From NCBI GenBank assembly GCA_963720545.1, contig OY970399.1, forward strand, positions 3,296,001 through 3,360,000: a stretch of DNA of 64,000 bases, read 5' to 3'. The DNA comes from an uncultured Acidobacteriota bacterium. GTDB lineage: Bacteria; Acidobacteriota; Vicinamibacteria; Fen-336. Within the stretch, counting starts at the first letter, position 1. Every line of letters starts with the position of its first letter. Shown piece by piece: positions 27,458-36,503 of the stretch. The notes under the pieces were generated by a model, which worked only from the letters and a program-made list of their open reading frames with translations, had not been told where the DNA came from and searched no databases. Position numbers and translations under genes: made by a program.

Positions 27458-28058
27458 CTGCGAACGGCGACGCCGAGCGCGTGACCACGGCGATCGGCCG
27501 CTGACGCTGCCAGAACGAAGCCGGCACCGCACGCAGGTCGGGCTGCGGCAGGCGCGCGCCGCTCATCAGCGCGCGTAGCGCCGCGTTCAGCGGCAACTCG
27601 GACGGGGCGAGGAAGTCTTCCTTGCTGCCCTTGCGGTGCTCGATGAGCGCGGCGTAGCCACTCGGGAAGAGCCGCAGCGAGACGATGCGCGGCAGTGCTT
27701 CGCCGCCTGCATCGGAACAGGAGCGGATGTCGTAGGCGCCGCCGCGGCACGTGAAGACGAGGCACCCGCCGTCGCGGTCCGCGGCGCGCTGTGAAGCACC
27801 GTCCTCGCAAAGCGGCGGGGCATCGCCTTCCGCGGCGGTGGTGCAGGCCGACCACCACTCGGCCCACGGCTCGACCCAGTCGGTCGCGCCGTCCGTTTTC
27901 GGCAAGCCGGACAGTGCGTAGGTCCGCGGCGCGCCCGGCTGCCGGCCCGGATCGCACGACGGCTCGCCGCTGCGCCAGCCGGCGCCGGCGCGCGGCGCCG
28001 CTGCGAATGTCATGACTACCACGGCGGCCAATCCCACGACCTTCGCGCTTGCCAGCAT
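27399..28058 (-). CDS. Hypothetical secreted Cys-containing protein
   Basis: Signal-peptide-like N-terminus and six Cys; fills the gap between genes; 3' end overlaps patatin by 59 nt, so the end is uncertain. Confidence 0.45.
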   Translation of the reverse strand: MLASAKVVGLAAVVVMTFAAAPRAGAGWRSGEPSCDPGRQPGAPRTYALSGLPKTDGATDWVEPWAEWWSACTTAAEGDAPPLCEDGASQRAADRDGGCLVFTCRGGAYDIRSCSDAGGEALPRIVSLRLFPSGYAALIEHRKGSKEDFLAPSELPLNAALRALMSGARLPQPDLRAVPASFWQRQRPIAVVTRSASPFAVTMQSPRPAAAAALPGGRR

Positions 28059-28131
28059 GCCTTGCCTCGCTTGTACGGGAAAGCTAGCCGCGCTGCCTCT
28101 CGCGGGTCTTCACGAGTTGCTCAGGATTGGC

Positions 28132-29421
28132 TCAATTACCCTTGTAGACGATGCGGAAGATGCGGCCCGGCAGCTGGTCGGAGGTGACGTAGAGCGAGCC
28201 GTCCGGACCCTGCGCGAGGCCCACCGGCCGGTCGCGCGCGTCTCCCGGCAGATCGGTGCCGTTGCCCTGGAAGCCGCTCGCGAACGGCTCCCACGACACC
28301 GGCTTGTGGTTCTGGAAGTGGACGCGCACCACGTTGTAGCCGGGGCCCTGCGGGGGCCCGGGGAAGCGCGCCCCATGAAATGCGATGAACGCGTCGTTGC
28401 GGTAGGCCGCGGGAAACTGCGCGCCGGTGTAGAAGAGCAGCCCGAGCGGCGCCCAGTGCGCGGGAAGGGTCATTTGCGAATCGGCGACGTTGCGGCAGCG
28501 GCCGCGCTCCGTGCCGTCGCCGCCGTATTCGGGCGCCAGCACTTTGACGCCATCGGCGCCGAGGCGTGGATCCTCGTAACAGTAAGGCCAGCCGTTGTCG
28601 TAGCCCTGCACGATCTTGATCAGCTCTTCGGCGGGCTCGACCCGGTCGTCCTGCGGGGTGTACAGGTTCGACCAGTTGTCGTAGAGCTGGTCGCGGCCGT
28701 TCTGCACGCCCCAGAGGGCACCGGTGCCGGGCTGGAAGGCGAGCGCCGTCGCGTTGCGGATGCCCTTGGCGAAGCGCGTGCCCTGCGCCTGGTGCTGTCC
28801 AACCTGCAGGCTGAAGCGCCAGACGCCGGCGCGGGTGGCGAGCTCCGGGCACGGGTCGATTCCGGGCGAGTAGTCGCTGCGGTTATTTTGCTGGCAGGAG
28901 TTCGACCCCGAGCCGATGTTCACGAACAGGTCGCCCTGCGGGCTGAGCAGCACCGTCTTGGCGCCGTGGTCGCCGCTGTCCGGCAGGCCCGAGACGATGG
29001 TCGCCGGCGCGCCGACCGGCAGCAACTGGTCGGCAGCGAGCTTGTAGCGCAGCACGCGGTCGTTCTTGCCCAGGTACAGGCGGTTCTCCTGCGCGTTCAG
29101 CGCCACGCCGTGACCGCCGCTTTGCGAGATGACCACGGTGCGGTCCATGCGGCCGTCGCCGTCGTTGTCGTGCAGCGCGATGAAGCGGCCGTTGTCCGAG
29201 CCGTCCCACGCCGGGTTGACGGCGACATAGAGATCGCCGTTGCGGCGCACCACGATGTGGCGGGCGCGGCCGACGTTGCTCGCGACCACCAGCGCGCAGA
29301 AGCCGTTCGGCAGCGTCAGGCCGCCGTTGTTCGCGTCGCACCGGGGCGGTGCGGCTGTGACGGCCGTCGTGGTGAGCGTCAGCAAGGCGGTGCTTGAAAA
29401 GGCAAAGAGTTGACGATGCAT
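28132..29421 (-). CDS. PQQ-dependent sugar/sorbosone dehydrogenase family (beta-propeller), secreted
   Basis: LTLPNGFCA, NIGSGSNSC, FAKGIRN, NGRDQL, GWPYCY, PAHWAPLG, RPVGLAQGPDGSLYVTSD; SD GGAG. Confidence 0.88.
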   Translation of the reverse strand: MHRQLFAFSSTALLTLTTTAVTAAPPRCDANNGGLTLPNGFCALVVASNVGRARHIVVRRNGDLYVAVNPAWDGSDNGRFIALHDNDGDGRMDRTVVISQSGGHGVALNAQENRLYLGKNDRVLRYKLAADQLLPVGAPATIVSGLPDSGDHGAKTVLLSPQGDLFVNIGSGSNSCQQNNRSDYSPGIDPCPELATRAGVWRFSLQVGQHQAQGTRFAKGIRNATALAFQPGTGALWGVQNGRDQLYDNWSNLYTPQDDRVEPAEELIKIVQGYDNGWPYCYEDPRLGADGVKVLAPEYGGDGTERGRCRNVADSQMTLPAHWAPLGLLFYTGAQFPAAYRNDAFIAFHGARFPGPPQGPGYNVVRVHFQNHKPVSWEPFASGFQGNGTDLPGDARDRPVGLAQGPDGSLYVTSDQLPGRIFRIVYKGN

Positions 29422-29464
29422 GCGGGTTTCTCCGAGAAGGCAAGCGAGGAGCCGGCGTGACGAT

Positions 29465-29480
29465 AGCAAGCCGCGTGCCG
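29465..29480 (-). promoter_or_regulatory. Putative sigma54 (-24/-12) promoter
   Basis: Minus strand cGGCACG-cggc-TTGCT with exact GG-N10-GC spacing, 43 nt upstream of the dehydrogenase ATG. Confidence 0.65.
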
Positions 29481-29662
29481 CCGCGCGAAGCACGTAAATG
29501 GCGCTCATCTCCAGGCGCGGTCGTGGTTGCGGACCAACCGTTCTACAAAATGTCGGCCAAAGCGCTTTGAGGAAAGGCTGACCAGTCGCTCAGGACTCGC
29601 GGGCGTGTTTCCAGTTACCTTCCCGCTCGCCAAGCAACCCGTTTTTCGATCAGAGGTGTTCC

Positions 29663-30475
29663 ATGAACATGTCACGAGCCGGCTGTGCCGCGCTCCTGTC
29701 CGTGCTGGCCTTCGCATCGCTCCGTGGCGAGGCAGCGGCGCAAGTGCCTTTCGGCGCCTACTGCCAGCAGAATTTCGAGAACAGCTGGCAGAACAACGTC
29801 AACTACGTGTTCCGGCGCTGCGGCTGGTTCATGGACGAACTCGACGACACCGACACCCGCGCCTTCTATTTCAACATGGTCGACGCCAAGCCGTTCTTCT
29901 CGTCGTGCGACACCTGCAGCGGCGCCGTCGACACGGTGCGCCTCGTCTACGCCAGCACCCACGGCAGCGCCAAGGGCAGCGCCGACGCCATGCTCGCCAT
30001 GTGGAACCAGAACATGTGGGCATTGACGAAGACCGACTCGTGGCGGCTGGGCGACGGCACGCCCGAGCCGCTCGGCTTTCTCGCGCTCTACGCCTGCGAG
30101 ACGCTCAACAACGACGACAACAACATCTGGGGGCGATGGGGATCGGCCTTCAGCGGCGGGCTGCTCATGGCACTCGGCAGCCAGGACACCCTCAACGACG
30201 CGCTCACCACCGACGAGACCGGCGAGGATTTCGCCGACAACCTGCAGAAGGGTAAGTCGGCGAAGTGGGCGTGGTTCGACGGCAACGGCGACTGGGACGT
30301 CGACCAGGACGTCGCGGTGATGGCGACCGGAAGCTCCGCAACCGGCGCGCACAACGCGAGCGCCGACTGCGGCTTCCGCCGCGACACCCTCACCTGGCAG
30401 AACGCCCACCAGTACGCGCTCTGGCGCGACGGCCAGGCCGAGTGGTGGTGCGCGTCGAAGATCGACAACAACTAG
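29663..30475 (+). CDS. Secreted DUF6345-like protein with caspase-like His/Cys dyad
   Basis: Signal peptide; VDTVRLVYASTHG, LGD, FLALYACETL, WGSAFSGGL, GEDFADNL..AWFDG pattern; SD GAGGTG. Confidence 0.65.
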   Translation: MNMSRAGCAALLSVLAFASLRGEAAAQVPFGAYCQQNFENSWQNNVNYVFRRCGWFMDELDDTDTRAFYFNMVDAKPFFSSCDTCSGAVDTVRLVYASTHGSAKGSADAMLAMWNQNMWALTKTDSWRLGDGTPEPLGFLALYACETLNNDDNNIWGRWGSAFSGGLLMALGSQDTLNDALTTDETGEDFADNLQKGKSAKWAWFDGNGDWDVDQDVAVMATGSSATGAHNASADCGFRRDTLTWQNAHQYALWRDGQAEWWCASKIDNN

Positions 30476-30501
30476 TCGTGCGGGTAACCATGAGGAAGAC
30501 C

Positions 30502-31605
30502 ATGACCATGAAGAAGCCGCACGCGAACCAGGCCCTGGCACTCGCACTGCTGGCGCTCGCTGCCGCACCCCTGGCGTTCGCGGCGCAGCCGCGTGCGGGC
30601 CACTCGGAATATCTCGCGTCGCTCACCGCGCACGCCCTGGAGCGAGGTGTCGGCCGCGAGAGCGTGCCGGTTCTGTCTCCGGTCGTCGGCGCGGGACGCG
30701 AGGTCACGGCCCGCAAGCTGCTTGCACGGCTGGGCTCGGGCGGCCAGGGTTTCGGCGGGCGCCTGCAACTGGGCGCGCTCAGCCCGGGCCAGGCGGACAA
30801 GCGCATCGCGAGCTATTTCGGCAAGGGCGGATACGTCGACGTGTTCGCGGACGGCAGCAAGCTACGGGTGCGCGCCAACCTCGACGACCCCAAGGCGGTG
30901 GCGGCGGCGGGCGAGGTGGCGCTCGAGAAGGCGGAGCTCGAGACGCTCGGCCGGCGCTTCGTCAGCGGCGCCTTGCGCGACATCGTCAAGGTCTCGGCCA
31001 ACGAGTCGGTGACCTTCCTCGGCGTGCGCCACCTCGTGAACTACGAAGGCAGCGTGGACGGGCGCACGCGCGCCAGCCGCACCATAGCCAACATCGCGAT
31101 CTTCGGGCGTGAGGTCGGCGGAATTCCGGTCGTCGGCAGCGGCTCGAAGGTCGCGGTGTGGTTCGACAACGCCCGCCAGCCCGTCGGCTTCGACGTCGAT
31201 TGGCCCGAGTATCGCGCCGCCGGCGGCACACAACGCGTCCTGGGACAGCGGGAATTGGCCGAACGCGTGGCGAAGACCACGATTCCGCTCACCGGCGAGA
31301 ACGCGCCGCGCCGCTTCGAGTGCGGCTACGTGGACCTCGGCGCCACCCGCCGCGGCAAGTCGCTCCAGGCCGGCTGCGAGATCGCATGGGAGCGCCGCGG
31401 CAAGGACGGCGGCGTGTCCGCGCACGTGGAGTTCGTGCCCGCGGCCGTCAAAGTGCTCGAGGATCCGCGTTGGCCGCTGGCGGCGGCGATTGCCTCGGGC
31501 GAGACGCCGAACACGCTGAGCGCCGAGTTCGCGAAGTGGGTGGACGGTCCGAAGCCGCCGCCCGCCCCGGCCGCGAACTATGCCAAGGGCAAGGTGAAGC
31601 CCTAG
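30502..31605 (+). CDS. Hypothetical secreted protein, partner of the DUF6345-like protein (alternative starts 30490 and 30508)
   Basis: Signal peptide KKPHANQALALALLALAAAPLAFA; FGREVGGIPVVGSGSKVAVWFD..GFDVDW beta-motif; typical codon usage. Confidence 0.7.
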   Translation: MTMKKPHANQALALALLALAAAPLAFAAQPRAGHSEYLASLTAHALERGVGRESVPVLSPVVGAGREVTARKLLARLGSGGQGFGGRLQLGALSPGQADKRIASYFGKGGYVDVFADGSKLRVRANLDDPKAVAAAGEVALEKAELETLGRRFVSGALRDIVKVSANESVTFLGVRHLVNYEGSVDGRTRASRTIANIAIFGREVGGIPVVGSGSKVAVWFDNARQPVGFDVDWPEYRAAGGTQRVLGQRELAERVAKTTIPLTGENAPRRFECGYVDLGATRRGKSLQAGCEIAWERRGKDGGVSAHVEFVPAAVKVLEDPRWPLAAAIASGETPNTLSAEFAKWVDGPKPPPAPAANYAKGKVKP

Positions 31606-32453
31606 CGGTTGAGGGTCGACAGCGTCTTGGCGGCCCGGCTCGCCATCGGGCTGCCGGGATGCAGGTCGAGGATCTTGAGCAGCAGCGCCCGCGCCTGCGC
31701 CGGTCGGCCCCAACTGAGGTAGTTGATTGCCTGCAGGTAGAGAAGGCGCGGGTCGTATTCGGCCGACGGCCCAAGGTTCAATCCCTCGAGCAGGCGCCCC
31801 TCGGCCTCATCGTAGCGCCGCGAGGCGTTGGCGATGACCGCGAGGTCCATGCGCGCCTTCTTGCGGTACGACATCGGACTCTGCGAGTCGGACTGGATCG
31901 CGCGCAGCAACAGCTTCTCGGCGCCCGCGTAGAGCGCGCGTTCGAACAGGTGGTTGCCGAGCGCAAACAGGGCCAGCGCGTCGTCGTCGTTCTTCTCGAT
32001 GCTCGCCTCGTAGGACATCACGCGGTTGGCCAGGTCGCGCGCGGTCTCGAGCGTCGCCGGGAACTGCCCCGGACCCTGGAAGCCGTCCACGCGGTGCACC
32101 ATCGTGCCGGTCGGCGAGATGAAGATGATGGTGGGCAGGTCGCGCACGTTGTAGTCGGTGGCGATGCGCTGTTCTTCCTGCGAACCTTCCGTGTCCACCT
32201 TCACGGCGACGAACGACTCGGCGACGATCTCGGCCACCCGGTCGTCGCGGTAGGTGGTCTTGTCGAGGCGGTGGCACCAGCCGCACCACTCGGCGCGGAA
32301 GTCGATCATGATCGCGCGGTGCTCCTTCTGCGCGCGGCGCACCGCCTTCTCGTAGCTCTTCTCGAAGACGATGCCGGCAAACAGCGGCGACGCAGACGCG
32401 GTCAGCGTCGTCGCCAGCGTCAGCATGCCGGCCGAGGACCTCAGGCTCGACAT
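31602..32453 (-). CDS. Thioredoxin-fold protein with C-terminal TPRs, exported
   Basis: IDFRAEWCGWCHRL, cis-Pro LPTIIF, then helical TPR-like repeats. Confidence 0.85.
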   Translation of the reverse strand: MSSLRSSAGMLTLATTLTASASPLFAGIVFEKSYEKAVRRAQKEHRAIMIDFRAEWCGWCHRLDKTTYRDDRVAEIVAESFVAVKVDTEGSQEEQRIATDYNVRDLPTIIFISPTGTMVHRVDGFQGPGQFPATLETARDLANRVMSYEASIEKNDDDALALFALGNHLFERALYAGAEKLLLRAIQSDSQSPMSYRKKARMDLAVIANASRRYDEAEGRLLEGLNLGPSAEYDPRLLYLQAINYLSWGRPAQARALLLKILDLHPGSPMASRAAKTLSTLNR

Positions 32454-33169
32454 GCGGCCTCGCACGACTGGAGGAAGGCGGAAAAGAGCGGTGCAAACTC
32501 GTCGCCGTGCCCGAAGAAGCCTTCGGGATGCCACTGCACGCCCACCACGAAGCGGCGATCGGGCCGCTCCACGCCCTCGATCACCGAGTCGGCCGCGCGC
32601 GCGCTGACCACCAGGCCGGTGCCGAGGCGTGCGATCGCCTGGTGGTGGAAGCTGTTCACCGGCACCTGCGGGCGCTTGCCGAGCATCTCGTAAAGGCGCG
32701 TGCCGGCGGCCACCGCCACGTCATGAGCGTGGCCATGCCGCTCGCCGCCCGGGTCGTGTTCGCGGTGGCCTTTCACCTGGCTCGGGATGTCCTGCACCAG
32801 CGTGCCGCCGAGCGCCACGTTCAGCACCTGGATGCCGCGGCAGATGGCGAGGAGCGGCAGGTCCCTGGCGACCGCCGCCTGCGCCAGCGCGATCTCGAAG
32901 ACGTCGCGGTCGCGGTGGATGTCGGCTTCGGCCACCGCCGCGTGCCGCGGCTCGCCGAACAGCGCCGGATCGATGTCGCTGCCGCCGGTGAGCAGCACGC
33001 CGTCGAGGTTGTCGAGGATTTCGCCGACGTCGTTGGGCTTGCCCGGCGCGAGCCCGAAGACGAGGCCGCCGACCGCTTCGATGGCGCCGAAATACTCCTG
33101 GCGCTGCGCGAAGCGCTGCACCGTGCCGGCCTCATGGTGCGCGAGCGTGACGCCGATGCGCGGCCGCAT
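32441..33169 (-). CDS. Gamma-glutamyl-gamma-aminobutyrate hydrolase family (peptidase C26)
   Basis: GVLLTGGSDIDP, LAICRGIQVLNV, VNSFHHQ, GVQWHPE. Confidence 0.92.
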   Translation of the reverse strand: MRPRIGVTLAHHEAGTVQRFAQRQEYFGAIEAVGGLVFGLAPGKPNDVGEILDNLDGVLLTGGSDIDPALFGEPRHAAVAEADIHRDRDVFEIALAQAAVARDLPLLAICRGIQVLNVALGGTLVQDIPSQVKGHREHDPGGERHGHAHDVAVAAGTRLYEMLGKRPQVPVNSFHHQAIARLGTGLVVSARAADSVIEGVERPDRRFVVGVQWHPEGFFGHGDEFAPLFSAFLQSCEAACRA

Positions 33170-35109
33170 CACATCTTCTCCGGCAGCGGGATGCCGAGCC
33201 GCTCGAGGAGCCAGTCCATCTGCGCGACGAACAGGTCGACCACGTTGGCGCGCGCCATGCGCTCGACTTCGCTCGCGGCGTGCAGCACGGTGTGCGCCGG
33301 GTTCTGGTAGTAGCCGTGGAACGCCTGTGCCACCGCGAACGTGTGGCGGGCGAGGAGCGCCACTTCCTGGGAGCGCACCACCGCCTCGCAGACCTCGTCG
33401 GTGCGCGCCATCAGCGCGAACAGGTCCCACACCTCGGCGCCTTCGGCGGTGGCGAGGAACGCCTTCCAGTCGATCGCGGCGGTGGCGGCGCGGATGGTGG
33501 CGAGGCCGTGGCCGGCGCCGGACAGGCGCGCGAGGATGCTGCGCGCGCGCACCACGCTGTTCTGCAGGTAGGGGCCGGTCTCGCCGGTGAAGGCGAGCGC
33601 CTCGTCCATGTCGAAGACGATGACCTTGTTGCGCCCGTAGCGCACCAGGAAGTAGCGCAGCGCCCCCACCGCGATCGCGCGCGCCGAGCGCACCTTCTCG
33701 GCGCTGTCGCGCGTCGCACCCTCGTCGCGGGTGTCGATCTCTCTGAGCGCCTTCGTGACCAGAGCGTCGAGCAGGTCGTCGGCCTTCACCCCGAGGCCCT
33801 TGCGCCCCGACACCTTCACCGCCTGCTCCTCGGACACCTCGTAGCCCAGGGCGCGGGCGGTGGCGGGGGAGAGCACCACCTTCTCGTAGCCGAGGTGATG
33901 GCTGTGTTCGGCGCCTTCGGCATGACCCAGCGCGGCGACACCGGCGCGCACCACGCGCTGCGGATACGACTGGCCGACGTCGATGACGTTGTAGACGTCG
34001 CGCGCGTGGCCGAAGACGGGTGCGCCGCTGTCGCCCGGTGTCGACGAGGTCACCCAGACAGGCTGGCCGGCGAGTTCTTCGCGGCGGTAGTAGAAGTCCT
34101 GGCCGAGCTTGCCGAGCTTCCAGAGTTGGTAGGCGATGTCCTTGCCGGTGTACGTAACCGTGCCGTTGGAGCGCACCAGGATCTTGTCCTCGTCGTCGCT
34201 GTCGCCCTCCATCGCCAGCACCCAGCAGCCTTTTGCCTTGCCTTCCGCCTCGAAGCGGATGGCGCCGCTCTCCTGCAGCAGCTTGAAGGCGCGGTCCCAG
34301 AAGTGCAGGTGCAGGACGTCGCTCTCGTGGGCGACCAGGTCGTAGTGGATGCCGAGCCGCGCCATGGTGCGCAGGTGGCATTCGACGATGCGCCGCGCGA
34401 TGTCGTCGGCGAGGCTCGCCACCTCGCTGTCGCCGGCCTCGATCGCGTGCAGCACCTGCGCCTGCAGCGCCTTGTTGGCGGGATCTTTGGCATAGAACTC
34501 GCCGACCTTCGCGTACAGGTCCCAGCAGTAGTAGTCGAACTTGTCGTGGATCGCGGCCACCTCGGCGCGGGTCTTCTTCTCGAGGTGCAGGAAGCCCACC
34601 ACCACGTCGGCCACCTGCACGCCGGTGTCGTCGATGTAGTTCTGCACCACCACGTGGTGGCCGCGGGCGCGCAGCACCCGCACCAGCGTGTCGCCGAGGA
34701 CGGCGTTGCGCAGGTGGCCGATGTGCGCCGCCTTGTTGGGGTTGATGCTCGTGTGTTCGACGATCACCAGGCCCGGCAGCTGCTGCGGCGCGCGTGGCTC
34801 GCGCAGTGCTTCGACCAGCCGTGCAGCGAACGGTGCGCGCTCGAGGAACAAGTTGACGTAGCCGGCGCCGGCGACGTCCACACGCTGCACGCCGGGCACC
34901 GACTGCAACGCGGCGGCCAGCTGTTCCGCGATCTCGCGCGGCTTGCGCTTCAGCGAACGCGCCAGCTCGAAGGGCGCCGCGCTCGCCAGGTCGCCGAGCG
35001 CCGAGGTGCGCGGATACTGGAAGGACACCTGGTCGAGCTGTGCGTCGAAGGCGGCGCGAATGGCGTCTCGCACTCGACCGGCCAGCTGCTCGTGATAGTC
35101 GAGGATCAT
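33169..35109 (-). CDS. argS: Arginine--tRNA ligase
   Basis: EHTSINPNKAAHIGHLRN, YIDDTGVQ, VSGRKG, GETGPYLQ, C-terminal LGIPLPEKM. Confidence 0.95.
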   Translation of the reverse strand: MILDYHEQLAGRVRDAIRAAFDAQLDQVSFQYPRTSALGDLASAAPFELARSLKRKPREIAEQLAAALQSVPGVQRVDVAGAGYVNLFLERAPFAARLVEALREPRAPQQLPGLVIVEHTSINPNKAAHIGHLRNAVLGDTLVRVLRARGHHVVVQNYIDDTGVQVADVVVGFLHLEKKTRAEVAAIHDKFDYYCWDLYAKVGEFYAKDPANKALQAQVLHAIEAGDSEVASLADDIARRIVECHLRTMARLGIHYDLVAHESDVLHLHFWDRAFKLLQESGAIRFEAEGKAKGCWVLAMEGDSDDEDKILVRSNGTVTYTGKDIAYQLWKLGKLGQDFYYRREELAGQPVWVTSSTPGDSGAPVFGHARDVYNVIDVGQSYPQRVVRAGVAALGHAEGAEHSHHLGYEKVVLSPATARALGYEVSEEQAVKVSGRKGLGVKADDLLDALVTKALREIDTRDEGATRDSAEKVRSARAIAVGALRYFLVRYGRNKVIVFDMDEALAFTGETGPYLQNSVVRARSILARLSGAGHGLATIRAATAAIDWKAFLATAEGAEVWDLFALMARTDEVCEAVVRSQEVALLARHTFAVAQAFHGYYQNPAHTVLHAASEVERMARANVVDLFVAQMDWLLERLGIPLPEKM

Positions 35110-35268
35110 TGCGGGGCGCCTTGAGGGACCAGGGCGAGAAGGAAATTATAGCGAGCGCGCGGCGGCCCCGCTGCGAGGGTTGGTGGGCGCTTGCCAAATC
35201 ATGTAAAGGCCCGCGGTTGTGTGGCTTCCGCCACAGGCGGTCGCCGCGGCGCTGTTACGATCGATCTC

Positions 35269-35703
35269 GTGAAACGCCTGCTCGCCGCATGTCTCGCACT
35301 GCTTCCGGCAACCGTGCTGGCCGGGGCCAACAGCACCGACTTCTCGGTCAGCGCAACCTTCGTTGCAGCGAAGAAGAAGTCGTCGCCGGCGTCGATCTCG
35401 ATCCTGTTCAAGCCCGCGAGCCCCGACGTGCGCATCAACGCCGAGCCGGGGCCGCGCCTCAAGCTCGATCCCGGGCAGAAGGTGCTCACGTACACGCCGC
35501 CGCCGGGCGTCATGGCGCCGCCGAGCTTCGATCCCGCGTTCGCGAAATACCTCGACCTCAGCAAGCCGCTCAGCTTCAACGTCACGCACGCCCCCGGCAC
35601 CGGCAAGAAATGGATCGATGGCAGCGTCGTCTACTTCTACTGCTCGAAGAAAGAGGGTTGGTGCAAGAAGGGCACGTCGAGCTTCGAGGTGAGCGTCGAC
35701 TAG
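35269..35703 (+). CDS. Secreted Ig-like protein with C-x5-WC motif (DsbD N-terminal-like)
   Basis: Signal peptide KRLLAACLALLPATVLA; GSVVYFYCSKKEGWC; TGtTACGAT 7 nt before GTG. Confidence 0.65.
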   Translation: MKRLLAACLALLPATVLAGANSTDFSVSATFVAAKKKSSPASISILFKPASPDVRINAEPGPRLKLDPGQKVLTYTPPPGVMAPPSFDPAFAKYLDLSKPLSFNVTHAPGTGKKWIDGSVVYFYCSKKEGWCKKGTSSFEVSVD

Positions 35704-36320
35704 CGCGTGCCGTGCGGCGGCCGCAGGCGGTCGTAGTCGCCCGGAGCGTTCAGGTTCGCGAACAGCCGCACGGGGTCGCCAAAGCGGCGCAACACGTCCT
35801 CCTCCACCAGCCGGCAGGAAACCCCGGCCCAGAAATCGGTCATCCTGAACTGTCCCTGCGCCGCGCTGCGGCGCGCCGGCTCCAGGCAGGCGGTGCTGTA
35901 AGCCGCGCACAGGGGCTCGGGCCCTTCCGGGCCATGCGGCACCGCGATGTCTACGCCCAACCTGTCGCGCGCACGCGCTATTTCAAGCAGCAGCTCGGAG
36001 CCGGCGAGCGGCATGTCGATGCCCAGCAGGAACGCCGCCGCGAAGCCCTCGGCGCGCGCCGTTTCGAGAGCCGCGCAGAGTCCGCCGAGCGGACCGGCAT
36101 CTTTCGGGTCGTCGAGAACCAGGGGCGCGCCGTATTCCTCGTAGCGGCATTCCGAGCCCGCGAGGATCCGCGCGTCGCCGAACGCAGCGCGCAGGGTCTG
36201 CAGGGCATGGCCGAGGAGCGTCGTCCCTTCCCACGGCAAGAGCGCCTTGTCGCGGCCCATGCGCGTGCTGCGGCCCCCGGCCGCGGCGAAGCCGAGGATG
36301 CCGACGGATTCTGGTTCCAA
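35700..36320 (-). CDS. mobA: Molybdenum cofactor guanylyltransferase
   Basis: AGGRSTRMGRDKALL, GPLGGL, DMP, EPLCAAY, FANLNAPGD; TTG start inferred. Confidence 0.88.
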   Translation of the reverse strand: MEPESVGILGFAAAGGRSTRMGRDKALLPWEGTTLLGHALQTLRAAFGDARILAGSECRYEEYGAPLVLDDPKDAGPLGGLCAALETARAEGFAAAFLLGIDMPLAGSELLLEIARARDRLGVDIAVPHGPEGPEPLCAAYSTACLEPARRSAAQGQFRMTDFWAGVSCRLVEEDVLRRFGDPVRLFANLNAPGDYDRLRPPHGTR

Positions 36321-36351
36321 GTGCGTAGACCGAAGTCTATCCTCGGGCCAT

Positions 36352-36477
36352 ATGTGGCCCTCGATGCCGTACATGGCGATAGGCGCGATCGTGGTGATGA
36401 TCGTCGTCTTCCTGCTGTTCGTGCGCAAGCAGAAGCCGCCGAACGTCGGCGGTGGCGGGCGCCCCGACCCGCAGTAA
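36352..36477 (+). CDS. 41-aa single-TM small protein
   Basis: MWPSMPYMAIGAIVVMIVVFLLFVRKQKPPNVGGGGRPDPQ; TM followed by basic residues; TATCCT 8 nt upstream. Confidence 0.6.
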   Translation: MWPSMPYMAIGAIVVMIVVFLLFVRKQKPPNVGGGGRPDPQ

Positions 36478-36503
36478 TCGCACCGCAAGCGTTAGAGTGC
36501 GGC

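Noticed and set aside
29634..29662. ECF promoter (GCAACC..TGTTCC) before the DUF6345-like gene
   Set aside because: Weak -10, and it overlaps a good SD (GAGGTG) that already explains the sequence
35040..36503. Long N-terminal extension of the DUF4198-like ORF; likewise the ORF-track extensions of the M28 peptidase, bshA, C26 hydrolase, rarA and PLP enzyme
   Set aside because: The extensions overlap other real genes; signal peptides or conserved N-termini begin at the downstream starts used here
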